Positions 51,002 to 62,885 of a stretch of DNA of 64,000 nt are shown here, piece by piece. Each line of letters opens with the position of its first letter. Positions within the stretch are counted from its first letter, which is position 1. The notes under the pieces are model-generated. The model made no database searches. It was not told the DNA's origin and worked only from the letters and a program-made list of their open reading frames with translations. The translations under genes were made by a program, and so were the position numbers. This stretch comes from Mobula hypostoma (Eukaryota): the NCBI RefSeq assembly GCF_963921235.1, contig NC_086097.1, forward strand, positions 238,268,001 to 238,332,000. Reading direction: 5' to 3'.

Positions 51002-53880
51002 ATCATGAAGCCAGCTTAAACTAATATATCTGCCTGCGCATGATCTGTGTCACCGGCGCTGAGGAGACTAGCGATCCCCAGGCTGGAGACTTGGAATTCC
51101 ATACAGGTGCTGAGTCCAGGGTATGGGTGGGAGTTACAGAAAGGACATCATCAGGCAACAGTTTTCTTGCCTGACTCAATAACTATGGCACAACACACTT
51201 CTGAATGAGGTCCAGACTCCTACACACTATCCAAATATCTGCATGTAATTGAGAGTTCTTTCAAGTATTGTCATTTCTCAATGTTAGGGTGAATGATGAT
51301 GTATCTTTGCTATTAAGATTAGACTTCCTATTCAAGTTTTACACAAGGTGTAAACAAGGCCTAATTTGACACATCAGGCATCAAATCTACACTGCTTGAG
51401 GACTTAATGCTAATATCTACCACTGGCTTGTTTATGCAGCTGACAGATCAATGTTTCTCAATGTGATGTTTTGAGCAAGAGGCCATATAAACTGTGGCCT
51501 GATTTACAATTAGAAATTTGAGCAAATCTGTACCTGTAAATACTAACAGACATTGGAGTTTATGACCCAAGTTCAAAGTTGTTTCTTTCCGCTTTTCAAG
51601 TTTATCAGTTTCCCAATGGATGATACAATTTGAAATATTTGAATTTGGGGCAATTGCCAAAATGTACTGAGAATGAAAGTGGAAAATTTCATGCTCAGAA
51701 TTCCTTACTGACTTATTTTTGAGCCTTTCTGGTACTCAAGCCTATCGTAAGTTGACTCTTCTAGAAGGCAATCAAATCTGCCAGGGGAAATATTCCTCAA
51801 AATGTGTTCATTCTGGCCAGGATATCGAAGATCTTTGACACTTGAGACTCTAACTTATCTTGGTGCAGGAAAAGAAAATGTGCAAATTTTGTTGTTCTTT
51901 TGCCCTAGTACATAGGGTGATTCGCCGTTAAAAATACTTCCTTTATTCGAAGATTGATGTACATTTCAAGAACAGTAGAACTGAGCAGTATTGAACTGTA
52001 ATGTAATCTGTCACAGTAAGCAATGTCTAAAATCAACACAATCATTAAATCTAGTTATGCAAAGTCATGACTGATTGAAGACGTCAAAATAAATTTGTCT
52101 TGAAGTCTCGGTTACTTTTCCTGACTGCAGCAAAATGTGCATAATCACGTAAAACAAAATTTATGTTTAGACAATATGACTGAATTTAGAGGCAAATATT
52201 TGTTCTTGCAATACACTGAACTTGCAGAGAGAAACTTACTAAGAATAATTGGTACAGCATTTTAAACACCTTTCGCCTTAAACAAAATATATCTCATTTT
52301 AACAGCAATGGGCTTCTTCGATAACTACTTCTACTCAGCGGAGAAATGTGAAAAATACTGCACCAAATGCGTAAATAAAAACAAAGACTAATTAATTAGT
52401 AATAATTACCTAGAATGGTCTGTGTAAGGCACTGGAACAGACTCTGTAAACTATGAATGTGAACTACATTGTGTCTATACCGTGATTAGACTGCAAAAGG
52501 AAAGTCAGCACCGGAAACCGCAATTGTAGTCAATCAGAAATGAAGACAACAGCTATAAAGATGCTGAAAAATACATGCAATCCTGATTTTAATTTCTTCT
52601 TCAGATATCCACACTTTTTTAAAAACAATTAAATACAGTTGCTTTTATGACCAGCACTACATTTGATTCAGCGATCCATAAATCTTGTATTTGAAAGCAA
52701 TCTTCTTTTGTAAAGTACATTTTATAATTTAATGCTGCTAATCTGATTGCTTGGCATTTGTGCCACATGAATAACTTGTACTAGACCTTCAACTTAAACA
52801 TAAAATTGAAGATATACGAATAACTTAGGGAGCCTGCCTAGAACCTCTCATTTACCAGTTAACTGAAAAGAGCTGACAATCTTGTCAGAGCTCTTCAATC
52901 AATGGAAATCTCATCAGCAGTCAGACACCGCAGTACATTTCAGGAAGAATGCAGTGAGCTGTCTCCTTGCCACAGTCAATAGAGGTGTGACTAAGCACAA
53001 TCACGTTTACTTCTCGAAAATATAGCATTTTGGGCTGATTTGTCTCATGTTAAAACTAATCTGTATAATTCGAGTTTCACTTGGCTGCTATGTTACTGAT
53101 AAAAATGATTTAGAAAGCTGAAAATAGAGAATTTCGAAATGCAGTGACCAGTTGCAATGTAAAGATGTGAGTCAAAACATTAAAATACTAACTGCCTTTC
53201 AAATTATTCTAAGTACTTTTTAGTAATTCTATAACTGCTGTGAGAAGCCCTCTGTTGTGTACAGAAGTACACAGCAGACCAAAGAATCGCCGGCTCATTA
53301 TATCCTCGATACACTCCCTCAGTAGTTTAGTAGTAGTTCCAGTTCAATTGTTATTCAACCATACATGTATGCTGCCAAACAGAACAGCTTTACTCCAAGA
53401 CCAAGGTGCAAAACACAGTACCAACAGTCACACACAGCACAAGGCACCGATGGCAAGCACATAGAAGGCATTAGTAAAGTGCAGTCGTACACAAAAAAAT
53501 AGTCCAAGACCCCGAGTCCATGAGTGTTGCAGCAGTCTGCAAACAAAATATAGTATGCCTCAGCTGAGTGAACACCGGGGAGCAGCACAGACTCGAACTT
53601 GGACGCCGTGCCACACAGCCCCTGGCACACCAGTGGAGTGTGCTGACTCCAATGCCTCGCTCCTGGGCAGCTGTAAACAGGCAACACTGCAGCTTGAGGC
53701 TTAGCCCCTACCACTCTGCTCCTCGGCTGTCTTCCTTCACTGTACTGAGCTTCTCCTTTCTCTGGCCATCTGCTGTCTACTTTCCATAAGTTTATGTCAC
53801 ACAGGATCAGAATAGGCCATTCAGCCCATTGAGAATTGGGTGAATTCTCAATGTCATTTGATCCTGACTGATGTAGAGTC

Positions 53881-54782
53881 TGTGACAAGAATACACATAG
53901 ATTAAGATGTTAGCTGTCCTGTGCTGGCACCAGTGGGATCAGCAGTTGGTCTGCCACCTGTCTTCAGGAGAAAGAGAGATGAGGAAAACAATGGAGCAGC
54001 ATTTGGAGATGTTAATGAAGGGACGGGAGAGTTTAATGGAAGGAGAGCTGTCAAGATCGGCTCCCCCTTTGAACCCTGAACTGTTTGAAGTGAAGGACAG
54101 GCGATACCCCAGCAGGGGGATAAAAAGGGACAGGTTCGCTAAGGCAAGACACACACGACACCACGAGGTAACGAGACCCTGGAAGCGGTGCGCCTCCCAC
54201 AAGTCAGTGGGAGTTTTGGAGGGCTGATCGCGGGACCAAGCCATAGACGCACAGGGTGGAAAGGTACGATTGGCGGGAACCTGGTGTGTGTCCGCCCTTG
54301 CCTGGGTGCCAGGTTTCACCGCAGAGAAACGATTGTATCTGGAAACGGTGGGGGTCACGGTCGGTGACCTCAGAAGACATCACAAAGGGCCCGTCCGAAA
54401 GCTGACTGCGAAGAATATCGAAGGTCTGTGTGGAAGCCGTTTGAATATTCACTCGTTTTTGCTCTCTCTCTCCTTCCCCCCACCGTCCATCGCCACGGCA
54501 GTGATTACTGTGAACTGAACTGAACTCAATTGAACTGAACTTTGCGTCACTTTGAAACTGGTCATTTACCCCTAGACAATGATAGAGCTTGATTGATCCT
54601 GTTATCCTATTTCTATGTACATGTGTGTTTATCATTGCCGAACTGTTGCATTTATTATCCTTGTGATTAGAGTACTGCGTTGCTTGTTTCTTTAATAAAA
54701 CTTTCTTAGTTCTAGTAATCCAGACTCCAACTGAGTGATCCATTTCTGCTGGTTTGGCAACCCAGTTACGGGGTACGTAACA
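53881..54782 (+). mobile_element. Solo LTR (902 bp), Gypsy/ERV-type
   Basis: TGTGAC...GTAACA termini, AGTC duplicated at 53877-53880 and 54783-54786, GATAAAAA at 54119, AATAAA at 54694; no adjacent PBS or PPT. Confidence 0.9.
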
Positions 54783-55089
54783 AGTCAGAGTCATACAGCA
54801 CTACCACACAGAAGCAGGCACTTGGGGCCCATCTAGTCCATGTGAAACCGTTATTATGCCTGGTTTTATTGACCTGCACCAGGCCCATAGCCTCTCCCAT
54901 CCATTTATTTACCCAAAATTCTCTTAAATGTTGCAACCAAACCTACGTACACCACTTGTACTGGCAGCTCACTCCACACTTGCAGAAACTGCTGGGTGAA
55001 GATGTTCCCTCTCAGGTTCCCCTGAAAATTTTCACCTTTCACTTTTAACCTGTGACCTCTAGTTCCAGTCTCATCCAACTTCAGTGGAC

Positions 55090-55470
55090 TTTTGTCCTAC
55101 TCCGCACTTCTGAGACATGGATTATCTATAGCAGGCACTTTTAAAAAGAGAAGGAGCACCAATGTTTGAACTGCAAAATTCTCCAGGTCTACTGACATGA
55201 TAAGCGAGGCAATCTCAACCTCCCGTGCAGGCTACATCCCAGCATCTGAGACCCACGTTGCACTCAGCTAATTCTAATATCCATGTCTAGTACCAGTTTC
55301 CCAAAGTAAACACCCTGTTCCAAGCTCTCTGACAGGACGATTTTGTCAGACAGAGAGCACCCTGGAAAAGTGAATCACGGAATGCTTGCCCGATGACTGC
55401 TCACATGTGGAAATCAGCTTTTAGATGTCATTGAGGGCCTCTGTCCAAGCAGACAAAGCCTGATGTGAAG
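55090..55470 (+). mobile_element. Old RTE-clade LINE C-terminal fragment
   Basis: SETWIIYSRHF...EKEHQCLNCKILQVY..DKR resembles the RTE consensus ETW..Y.RH...LE..HQRCLRKIL.I.W.D. Confidence 0.7.
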
Positions 55471-55529
55471 CTATCTGCAAATCACTTACCATAATGGAGT
55501 TCGGAACACAGACAGAATGACCCATTCGA

Positions 55530-55775
55530 TTATTTGCCCATTCGCCATTTGCTTATCGTCAAGTCCTTCACTCCCTTGCCCACCTACATTTGGCTTCACT
55601 TATCACCTCCCCCACTGTCTTACTCTGGCTTCTTCCCTCTTCTTTTCCAGTCCTGACGAAGGATCTCAGCCCGAAATGTCAGCTCTTCATTCCTCTCCAT
55701 CAATAATGCCTGACCTGCTGAGTTCCTCCAGCAGTTTGTGTGTGTTACTCTGAATTTCCAGACTCCCTTGTGTTT
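55530..55775 (+). mobile_element. Penelope-like terminal repeat with near-intact hammerhead core (55648-55685)
   Basis: CAGTC-CTGACGA-A-GGATCTCAGCCC-GAAA-TG-TC; stems I and III damaged. Confidence 0.8.
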
Positions 55776-55804
55776 GGGTTTCTAGTGAAGAGCTCATTTT
55801 CTAT

Positions 55805-56195
55805 AATAAGACCATAAAATATAGGAGCAGAATTAGGCCACCTGGCCCATCGAGTCTGCTCGCCATTTCATCATGGCTGATCCAATTTTCCTCTCAGCAC
55901 CAATCTCCCACCTTCTTCCTGTATCCCTTCATGCCCTGACCAATCAAGAATCCATCAACCTCTGCCTTAAATATATATAAAGGCTTGACCTCCTCAGCTG
56001 TCTCAGATTCACCACTCTCTCATGAAAGAAATTCCTTCTTAAATCCATTCTAAAAAGACTCGACTCTATTCTGGAGGATGTTCTCTGGTCTCAGATTCTC
56101 CCATCATAGGAAACATCCTCTCCACATCCACTCCATCAAGACCTTCCACCATTCGATACGTTTCAATCAGGTCACCTCTCATTCTTCTAAAGTCT
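55805..56195 (-). mobile_element. CR1 3' fragment
   Basis: TAAGACCATAAAATATAGGAGCAG tail; RMRGDLIETYRM on the minus strand. Confidence 0.85.
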
Positions 56196-56284
56196 AATAG
56201 TGTAAGTAGTGACATTTAATCCAAATGTCATTCTGCAATAGAGCGCATTACAAATAGAAATTACTTGCTCAAATTAAAAGATCA

Positions 56285-56860
56285 GCTAACAACATCAGGA
56301 GCAACAACTTCGCACTCATTGTCAATAAGACCAAAGAACTGATTGTGGACTTCAGAAAGGGTAAGACAAGGGAACACAAACTAATCCTCATAGAGGGATC
56401 AGGAATGCAGAAACCTAACCTGGACCCAACATATTGATGCAGGTACAAAAAAAAAGGCACGACAGTAGCTGTATTTAATTAGGAGTTTAAAGAGATTTGG
56501 TATGTCACCAAAAACACACACAAATTTCTACAGCAGTACTGTAGTAAGCACTTTAACTGGCTGCATCATCATCTGGTATGAGGGGCTACTGTACAAGACC
56601 AAAGTAAACTGAAGAGAGTTGCAAAATTAGTCAGCTCCATTATGACACCAGCCTCCGTAGTATCCAGGACATCTTCAATGAGTGATTACGTGCCCCCATC
56701 ACCCAGAACACGCCCTCTTCTCATTGCTACCATCAGGAAGGAGGTACAGAAGCCTGAAGACACACACTCTACAATTCAGGAACAGTTTCTTCCCCTCTGC
56801 CATCTGATTTCTGAATGGACATTGAACCCATGAACACGACCTCACTACTTTTATTTCTTT
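56285..56860 (+). mobile_element. Rex1/Babar LINE 3' portion
   Basis: NNFALIVNKTKELIVDFRK; TIQEQFLP-region homology with the element at 27500. Confidence 0.8.
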
Positions 56861-57329
56861 CTTTCATAATCTTTTTATTGATTTTCAAGTTCATGAACAT
56901 AATAACAGTACTAATACAAAAAGATTGGGATTACATATGCAACGACAAATTGTCATATGGTAAATGACATATGCAAGTAAAAACTAGAGATAATACAAGT
57001 ACTTTTTTATTCTTATTTTTGCACTACTTATTTAACTATTTAATATACATTGATTAAGACTTTTTTTCAGGAAAGTTGGCATTCCATATCAAATTCATTT
57101 TAAACATAAATTTCACTATATGTTGTTTTATTTTAGTAGTCCTAGTCAACTATGAATAATTAAACAGAGTTTGCAAATTCTTTTAAATTATTGTTTGCAC
57201 ACAAAGAGAGGTGACCTGATTGTGTTTTAGTGAATCATTGTAGCAGGAGGAGGACTGCGCAAAGCAACACAGCCGCAGGTTCAATCAGTTTAATTTTTCA
57301 AGGGGATATGGATGGCTCTGACATGATCT

Positions 57330-57545
57330 GCATTTATTGTCCCATCTTGAATCATTCTTGAGAAGCCAGTTTTGAGCCATCTTCATCAGCTGCATTACCC
57401 CTTTCGAATGTTGCTGGGGAGGAAGTTCCCGGATTAGACTCACTGACAGGAAATTAACAGCAGGATCTTTCCCCGACAAGATGGCCTGTGACCTGGAGGG
57501 GTTTCTGCATGTGGTGGCATCTGCATGTGATTGCTCTTCATGAAA
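57330..57545 (-). mobile_element. Ancient L2/CR1-type LINE 3' end (related piece at 48760-48990)
   Basis: GCATTTATTGTCCCATC...CTTGAGAAG pattern recalled from elasmobranch LINE tails; heavily decayed. Confidence 0.5.
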
Positions 57546-57990
57546 ATCAAAAGTATAATTGCAGGTGCTAGAAATAGAACATACAGCACAGTGCAGACCC
57601 TTTGGCCAAGACTGTTGTTCTGCTCTTTTAACCGAATCTAAGCTCAATCTAATCCTCCCCTCCAGTATACTTTCCATTCTTCTAAGAGTTTCTTAAATGT
57701 CCCTAAAGTGCCTCTACCGCTCTCCTCTCTCCCCCCACCCCCAGCAGAGCATTCGCTATTCTTACCATTCTTTGTGTGAGAAAAACTTGCCTCTGACATC
57801 CCCCCTCTATTTTCCTCCCAACAACTTAAAGGCTATCCATTCAATCTATGCCTCTTATCATCTGGAACACGTGTATCAAGTTGCCTCTCATCCTCCTTTG
57901 CTCTAAAGGGAACAGCCCAAACTCACTCAATCTATTCTTGTAAGACATGCTCTCTAGTCCAGGCAGCATCCTGATAAATCATAAATTGTA

Positions 57991-58655
57991 AGGAGGAGGA
58001 GGAGAAGATGACGGCGCGCGCGGCCTCTCCAGTGAATGATACCTGTAATCTGTCAAGTAGGGGACCGTGCACAATTCTGATTTGATGGAGACGGACGTGA
58101 GAGTACGGAGGAACATCTGGAGAAACTTCTGAAATGCCCGCTTCGCTGCCGCTGTTACTGTGTGGTCTGGAATCTCCGGAGCAGAAGGCCCCGAGTCCTT
58201 GGCTTTGCTTGTTTCGGCGGCCGGGGCAGGGTTGAAGGCTCTCAGCAGAGGATGGCGCTCGGGAGGTGGTATCAGAGGCTCAACGTTTTCGGATGGACGG
58301 ACTCAGTGTCGGATATGGTCAGGTGCTTCCAATGCATCGGCAGTTGTTGGTGCCTGGAAGTTTATGGCAGGGAGTTTCTCCCTTTTGCCGCCTGCTATCA
58401 GGGACTCAGGAGTCGATCGAGACTTGAGACTTTTCTTACCCTGTCCATGGTCTGCTCTTCATCAAATTATGGTATTGTTTTGCACTGCTGTATCTATATG
58501 TTATAATTAAGTGGTTCTGTCAGTGTTAATCTTCGGTTTGTCCTGTTTTTCTGTGATATCACTCTGGAGGAACATTGTTTCATTTCTTAATGCATGTATG
58601 CATTTCTAAATGACAATAAACGAGGACTGAGTGTTCTCATAATCTAATCTAATCT
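57991..58655 (+). mobile_element. CpG-rich non-autonomous retroposon inserted in a minus-strand CR1 (57570-58805)
   Basis: 5' GAAGATGACGGCG, AATAAA, (AATCT)3 tail; host CR1 reads ATCCTGATAAATC|...|TCCTCTACACTC. Confidence 0.8.
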
Positions 58656-58949
58656 CCTCTACACTCTCTCTAAACCTTCCACATCCTTTCTATGAGGTGA
58701 CCAGAAGTGAACACAATACTTCAAGTGTGTTCAACCAGGGTTTTATTGAGATGAAACATCATCTCATGGCTCTTGAACTCCATCCCCTGACTAATAAAAG
58801 GCAGAACTAATGATGGTCTTTTTGCAGTGGAGATGTTTCAACATGTTGTGCGAACACACAAGTCCAAGTGCTGTGTGAAACTGAGCGCCCAGCGCCTGAA
58901 CGATATGCTCTCTGGCATGGTGACATTGCACAAGGTGACAGAAGCAGCA

Positions 58950-59772
58950 GATTGTGATTGGCCTAATCACAAATGATTATGAATCTGCATATAGAGAGGA
59001 GGTGCTGAAACTGTGCAATTGGTGCAGGAACCCTAACCTATCACTCAACATCAAGATGACAAAAGAAATGATAATGGACTTCAGGAAGACAAGAGGTCCT
59101 GAACAAACCCCACCGTTCATAAGTGGTGAAATAGTGGAAAGGGTCTCCAGCTTCAAGTTTTTGGGGATGAACATCACCAAGGAGCTCCATGGGTCTGTCA
59201 ACACAACCTTGATAGTAGGGAAGGCACGATAGCTAATCTGCCCCAAATATTGTTGGCTAACTTTTTTGATGCATGATAGAGAGTTTACTAACATACAGAA
59301 TGACAGTGTGGTACTCTAGCTGCAGCAAGACAGATCACAAAGCACTCCAACGAGAAATTACGATAGTTCAGCACATCATTGAGACTCAACTATCGGACCT
59401 GAAGACAATCTACAACTCTTGGTGCCTACAGCACACTCGTAACATCATTAAAGACCCATCCATCCCAGGCACAATCTGTTCAGTCTTCTGCTGTCTGGTA
59501 GGAGATACAGAAACATCTTAGCCAAGACAGTAAGACTGAAAAACAGCTTCTTCCTGAGGGCGACTGGGCAGCGGAATAATGCCACACCCCAGCTTGCCAA
59601 TGGCCATTGAGTGTTATGGACTTTTGAAGTCACTTGTTACATGTAAATATGGGATTTTTAAAAAAAATTAAGCTGTACCACACACATTACAAATATTTGT
59701 TTTGCATAGAATGGGAATAGCACCACAATCTTGTTGTCTTGAGCAATGACGATAAAGTTCTATTCTATTCTA
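58950..59772 (+). mobile_element. Rex1/Babar LINE 3' portion
   Basis: IGLITNDYESAYREEV..LCNWC..NLSLNIKMTKEMIMDFRK...VERVSSFKFLG; (TTCTA)n tail. Confidence 0.88.
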
Positions 59773-60019
59773 AAAGTGAGCCAAGGTGCTGCTAGTTTAA
59801 TTACCATTTTCCACTGAGTTCTACGGCAAGTTCTTTTTCCAGCCTGGATGCTGAAGAGGGCAGAACATGCAACCTTATGATTCATGGCCACAGAGCTCTT
59901 TGGAGTGTGACATGTTTACATTTTAGGAAGCTGCTGTCTGTTTGATTCACCTTCCTGGAGTAAGATGCTGGTGTAAGTCTTCCTTTTATATACCTTGTAA
60001 CTGTTTACAAAATGTCCTT

Positions 60020-61610
60020 GGTAAGTAGATTTAAGGAGAATGCTGAGGCTATTTTTATGGGCAAAAGGATCTCTAGGGGAAAGATGGGTCCACCCTAGGA
60101 CAAAGTATGAATTTAGGTGTGAAGGCAGTGAAAGTGGGTGAGGTCTTTAACGAGAGAGGCATGATTAATAGTGCTGTGTGTACTGAAGTGGCTAAGTGTC
60201 CTCAGCCAGATGGGATCTAGTTCTGGATGTAGCAGGGTAGAGACTAGTTGGAAATCTGGGTATGGAAATAACAGAGGAGTTTAATCTTGACACAAGTGAG
60301 GTGATATCTCTTAGGAAGTCAAATGCAGGAGGCAAGTACGGTGTAAATGACAGGACCAATTAGAGTATTGACATCAGACCGTCCTTGGGGTGCAAAGTTC
60401 ATAACTCTCTGTAAGTGGCAGTACAAGTTGATAAAGGGCAGCAAAGAAGACCATATGCATACATGCTGGCCTTCATTAGATGGGGCATTGAGTCTAAAAA
60501 TTGGAAAATCATGCTGCAGCTGCATAAATCTTGGGTTAGCCCACACGTAGACTATTATGTACAATTTTGGTCACCATAGTCTGGTCCATAGTGTGGGAGC
60601 TTTGGAGGGAATGCAGAAGAGGTTCATTAGGATGGTTTTATTAAGGTGTATTAGAAATTAAGAGCTTAGACAAACTTGGATTGTTTTCTATGCAGCATCA
60701 GAGACTGAGTACCAACCTGATACAAGTATATAAAATTATGAGAGGTGAATTAGAGTAGATAGTTGGAATCTTTTTCCAGGGTAGAAATCTCACTAGAGGA
60801 TATAGGTTTAAGGCAAGAGTGTTAAGCTTCAAGGAGGTGAAATTTTCTTGGAATATTGTTTATTCCAAACACAAACGGAAAATTAAATTCCATTATGTCT
60901 GCCCCAAGGACGTAAAAGCTTTAGAGAGGGTTCAGAAGAGATTTACAAGGATACTGCTTGGACTAGAGGGCATGTCTTATGGAGATAGATTGAGTGACCT
61001 AGGGCTTTTCTCTTTGGAGCAATGGAGAATGAAAGGCAATTTGATAGAGTTACTGTACACAAGATGATAAGAGGAGTGGATTGAGTGGAAAGCCAAAGAC
61101 TTTTCCCCCCCAAGAGTGGAAATAGCTAATATACGGGGGGCATAATTTTAAGGCGATTGGAGAAAAATATAGGACGGGATGTCAGAGATAGGTTCTTCAC
61201 AGAGAGTGGTGGGTGCATTGTGGCGGTAAAGGCAGATACATTAGGGACATTTAACTCTCATAGAGGTGCATGGATAATAGAAAAACTGAGAGAAGAGTTA
61301 GATTGATCTTAGAGTAGGTCAAAGGATTAGCACAACATAGAGGCCTGAAGGGCCTGTTCCCTGTGGTAATGTTTTATGTTCTATGAGATTTGCAAGGCAA
61401 GTTTTTTTTATATATTACACAGAGTATGGTAAGTGCCGGATCACAATGCTTGGAAAGGTGATGGATGCGGATACAACCGCTATACAAGAGCTATTTAGGC
61501 AGAAGTATAAATAGGCAGAGATATAGCTTAAATTGTTATCATGATCAGAATAGATGTGGTGGGCGGGCTGAGGGTCTGTCCCTGCTCTGTATCATTGCAT
61601 GTTATGTTCG
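60020..61610 (+). mobile_element. Old CR1 with a younger CR1 3' end nested at ~60905-61385
   Basis: KDVKALERVQKRFTRILLGLEG; two GAAGGGCCTG-type 3' ends. Confidence 0.75.
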
Positions 61611-61729
61611 CTCAGACACCGAGCTGATGTAATTTGCAATGAGACATGGGTTGTGATAAAACAATATCTAACTTTTCTGCCTGCTGTCAATAAACCACGA
61701 GAGAAAACTGAGTTCCCACTGTTGCACTG

Positions 61730-61902
61730 CTCATTTAACATCATTAGAACATCCTAAAGTGTTTCACAGCCTATTAAGTATTTTGAAGTGTAGACTTGAT
61801 TGCAGTGCAAGAAAAACCAGCAACTAATTGGCATTCAAGGACTAATAAATAGCAATGAGATAAATTATCAGATAATTAGATTTTGCTAGTGTTGGCTCAA
61901 GA
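61730..61902 (-). mobile_element. SacSINE1/AmnSINE1-like (DeuSINE) relic
   Basis: Ordered blocks AACATCCTAAAGTGTTTCACAG, TTTTGAAGTGTAG, AAATAGCAATGAGATAA, CAGATAAT, TAGTGTTGG match the recalled reverse-complement consensus. Confidence 0.65.
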
Positions 61903-62324
61903 AGTTTTGTTTTTTTTTAAACCTCCACTCATACCCTGAATCCACAGCTCTCTACTTCCCCTTCTGCTCTTACATTTTCTTTTTAACACTAGGCCCACTA
62001 CAGCTATTGCAAACACATTCCGACCAAAGAGATGAATTCAAAATATTATCGAACATATTAATGGTTACCACTGCTCAGTTACCGACTTCCTCACACTCAT
62101 ATCCACTTGCACCACTTTCTGAAAGCTTTTACATTGTTGACTGAACCTTCCTTTCCGATTCATTGCTTCTGGTGTCCACTGAGTTGAATTGATTTCGCTT
62201 GGGTTTACTTTTATGTACTGGATTACACTCAGAACACATTTCCAATACACCTTTATCCTGATTCATAATATTTTGCATTCACTGGGAGGCTTTTCTCGAC
62301 TCCTCCACCACCTCTTCAGCACCA

Positions 62325-62885
62325 TGCTAACCGGTTTTCAGTCCGTCCACCAACCATTTGTATATAGGGGGTCCTCCATTGGTCGGCCATAGCTGTTGTG
62401 TCCTGGCTGTCTACGTAATCAGCAAGCCAGGGCAGTACTATATGGAGAGCAAGCTCCATATGGCAGACTCCCTCTCTCCACACAGCTGATACATCCAAAG
62501 GTATGGCAGAGATCAATAAGGTTTGGTACCAGTGGTGTTGCAGATTTGCCAGTCAGTGTTGATCTCAATGTAGGGGACCGAAGCTCTGAAGTTTTCCTTG
62601 GGATTTACTCCCAAAACTTTCTCCACAAGGGATTATAGCCCCAAGGCGGCAGAGGCTCGAGATCAGAGTTTTCCTTCTCCTAGATGAGCTGCCAACCACA
62701 CGTCACAAGCAACAGCAACCTGCCCCTGCCCTTTCTCCTGTAAGTAGAAACAGATCCGCTGGACTTGGTTGCTAAGTCACACGCGAACGTCGGGGTTGGC
62801 CTTGGTTGTCAGATCGATAGTGGGAGCCTGTCCCCACTACCACCAGCCCCCACCCGCCCCCAGCTATAAAAACCTTAAAGAACCA
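62325..62885 (-). mobile_element. RTE-type non-autonomous element splitting an ancient L2-like fragment (about 62050-63145)
   Basis: GGTTGGCAGCTCATCTAGGAGAAGGAAAACTCTG 5'-UTR-like motif; 3' part related to the tail of the SINE at 43586-43780. Confidence 0.6.

Noticed and set aside
52290..52391. Short ORF MGFFDNYFYSAEKCEKYC resembling a Kunitz C-terminus after an AG acceptor-like site
   Set aside because: Lacks the upstream FxYGGC motif, has a weak donor and no partner exons; probably chance
53355..54794. Long ORFs (139-196 aa) over the solo LTR, and other antisense or shadow ORFs in repeats
   Set aside because: No domain motifs; they cross element boundaries or are antisense to CR1 ORF2
62640..62885. 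Possible HDV-like ribozyme at the RTE-type 5' end
   Set aside because: Could not build the nested double pseudoknot by eye; the copy appears decayed
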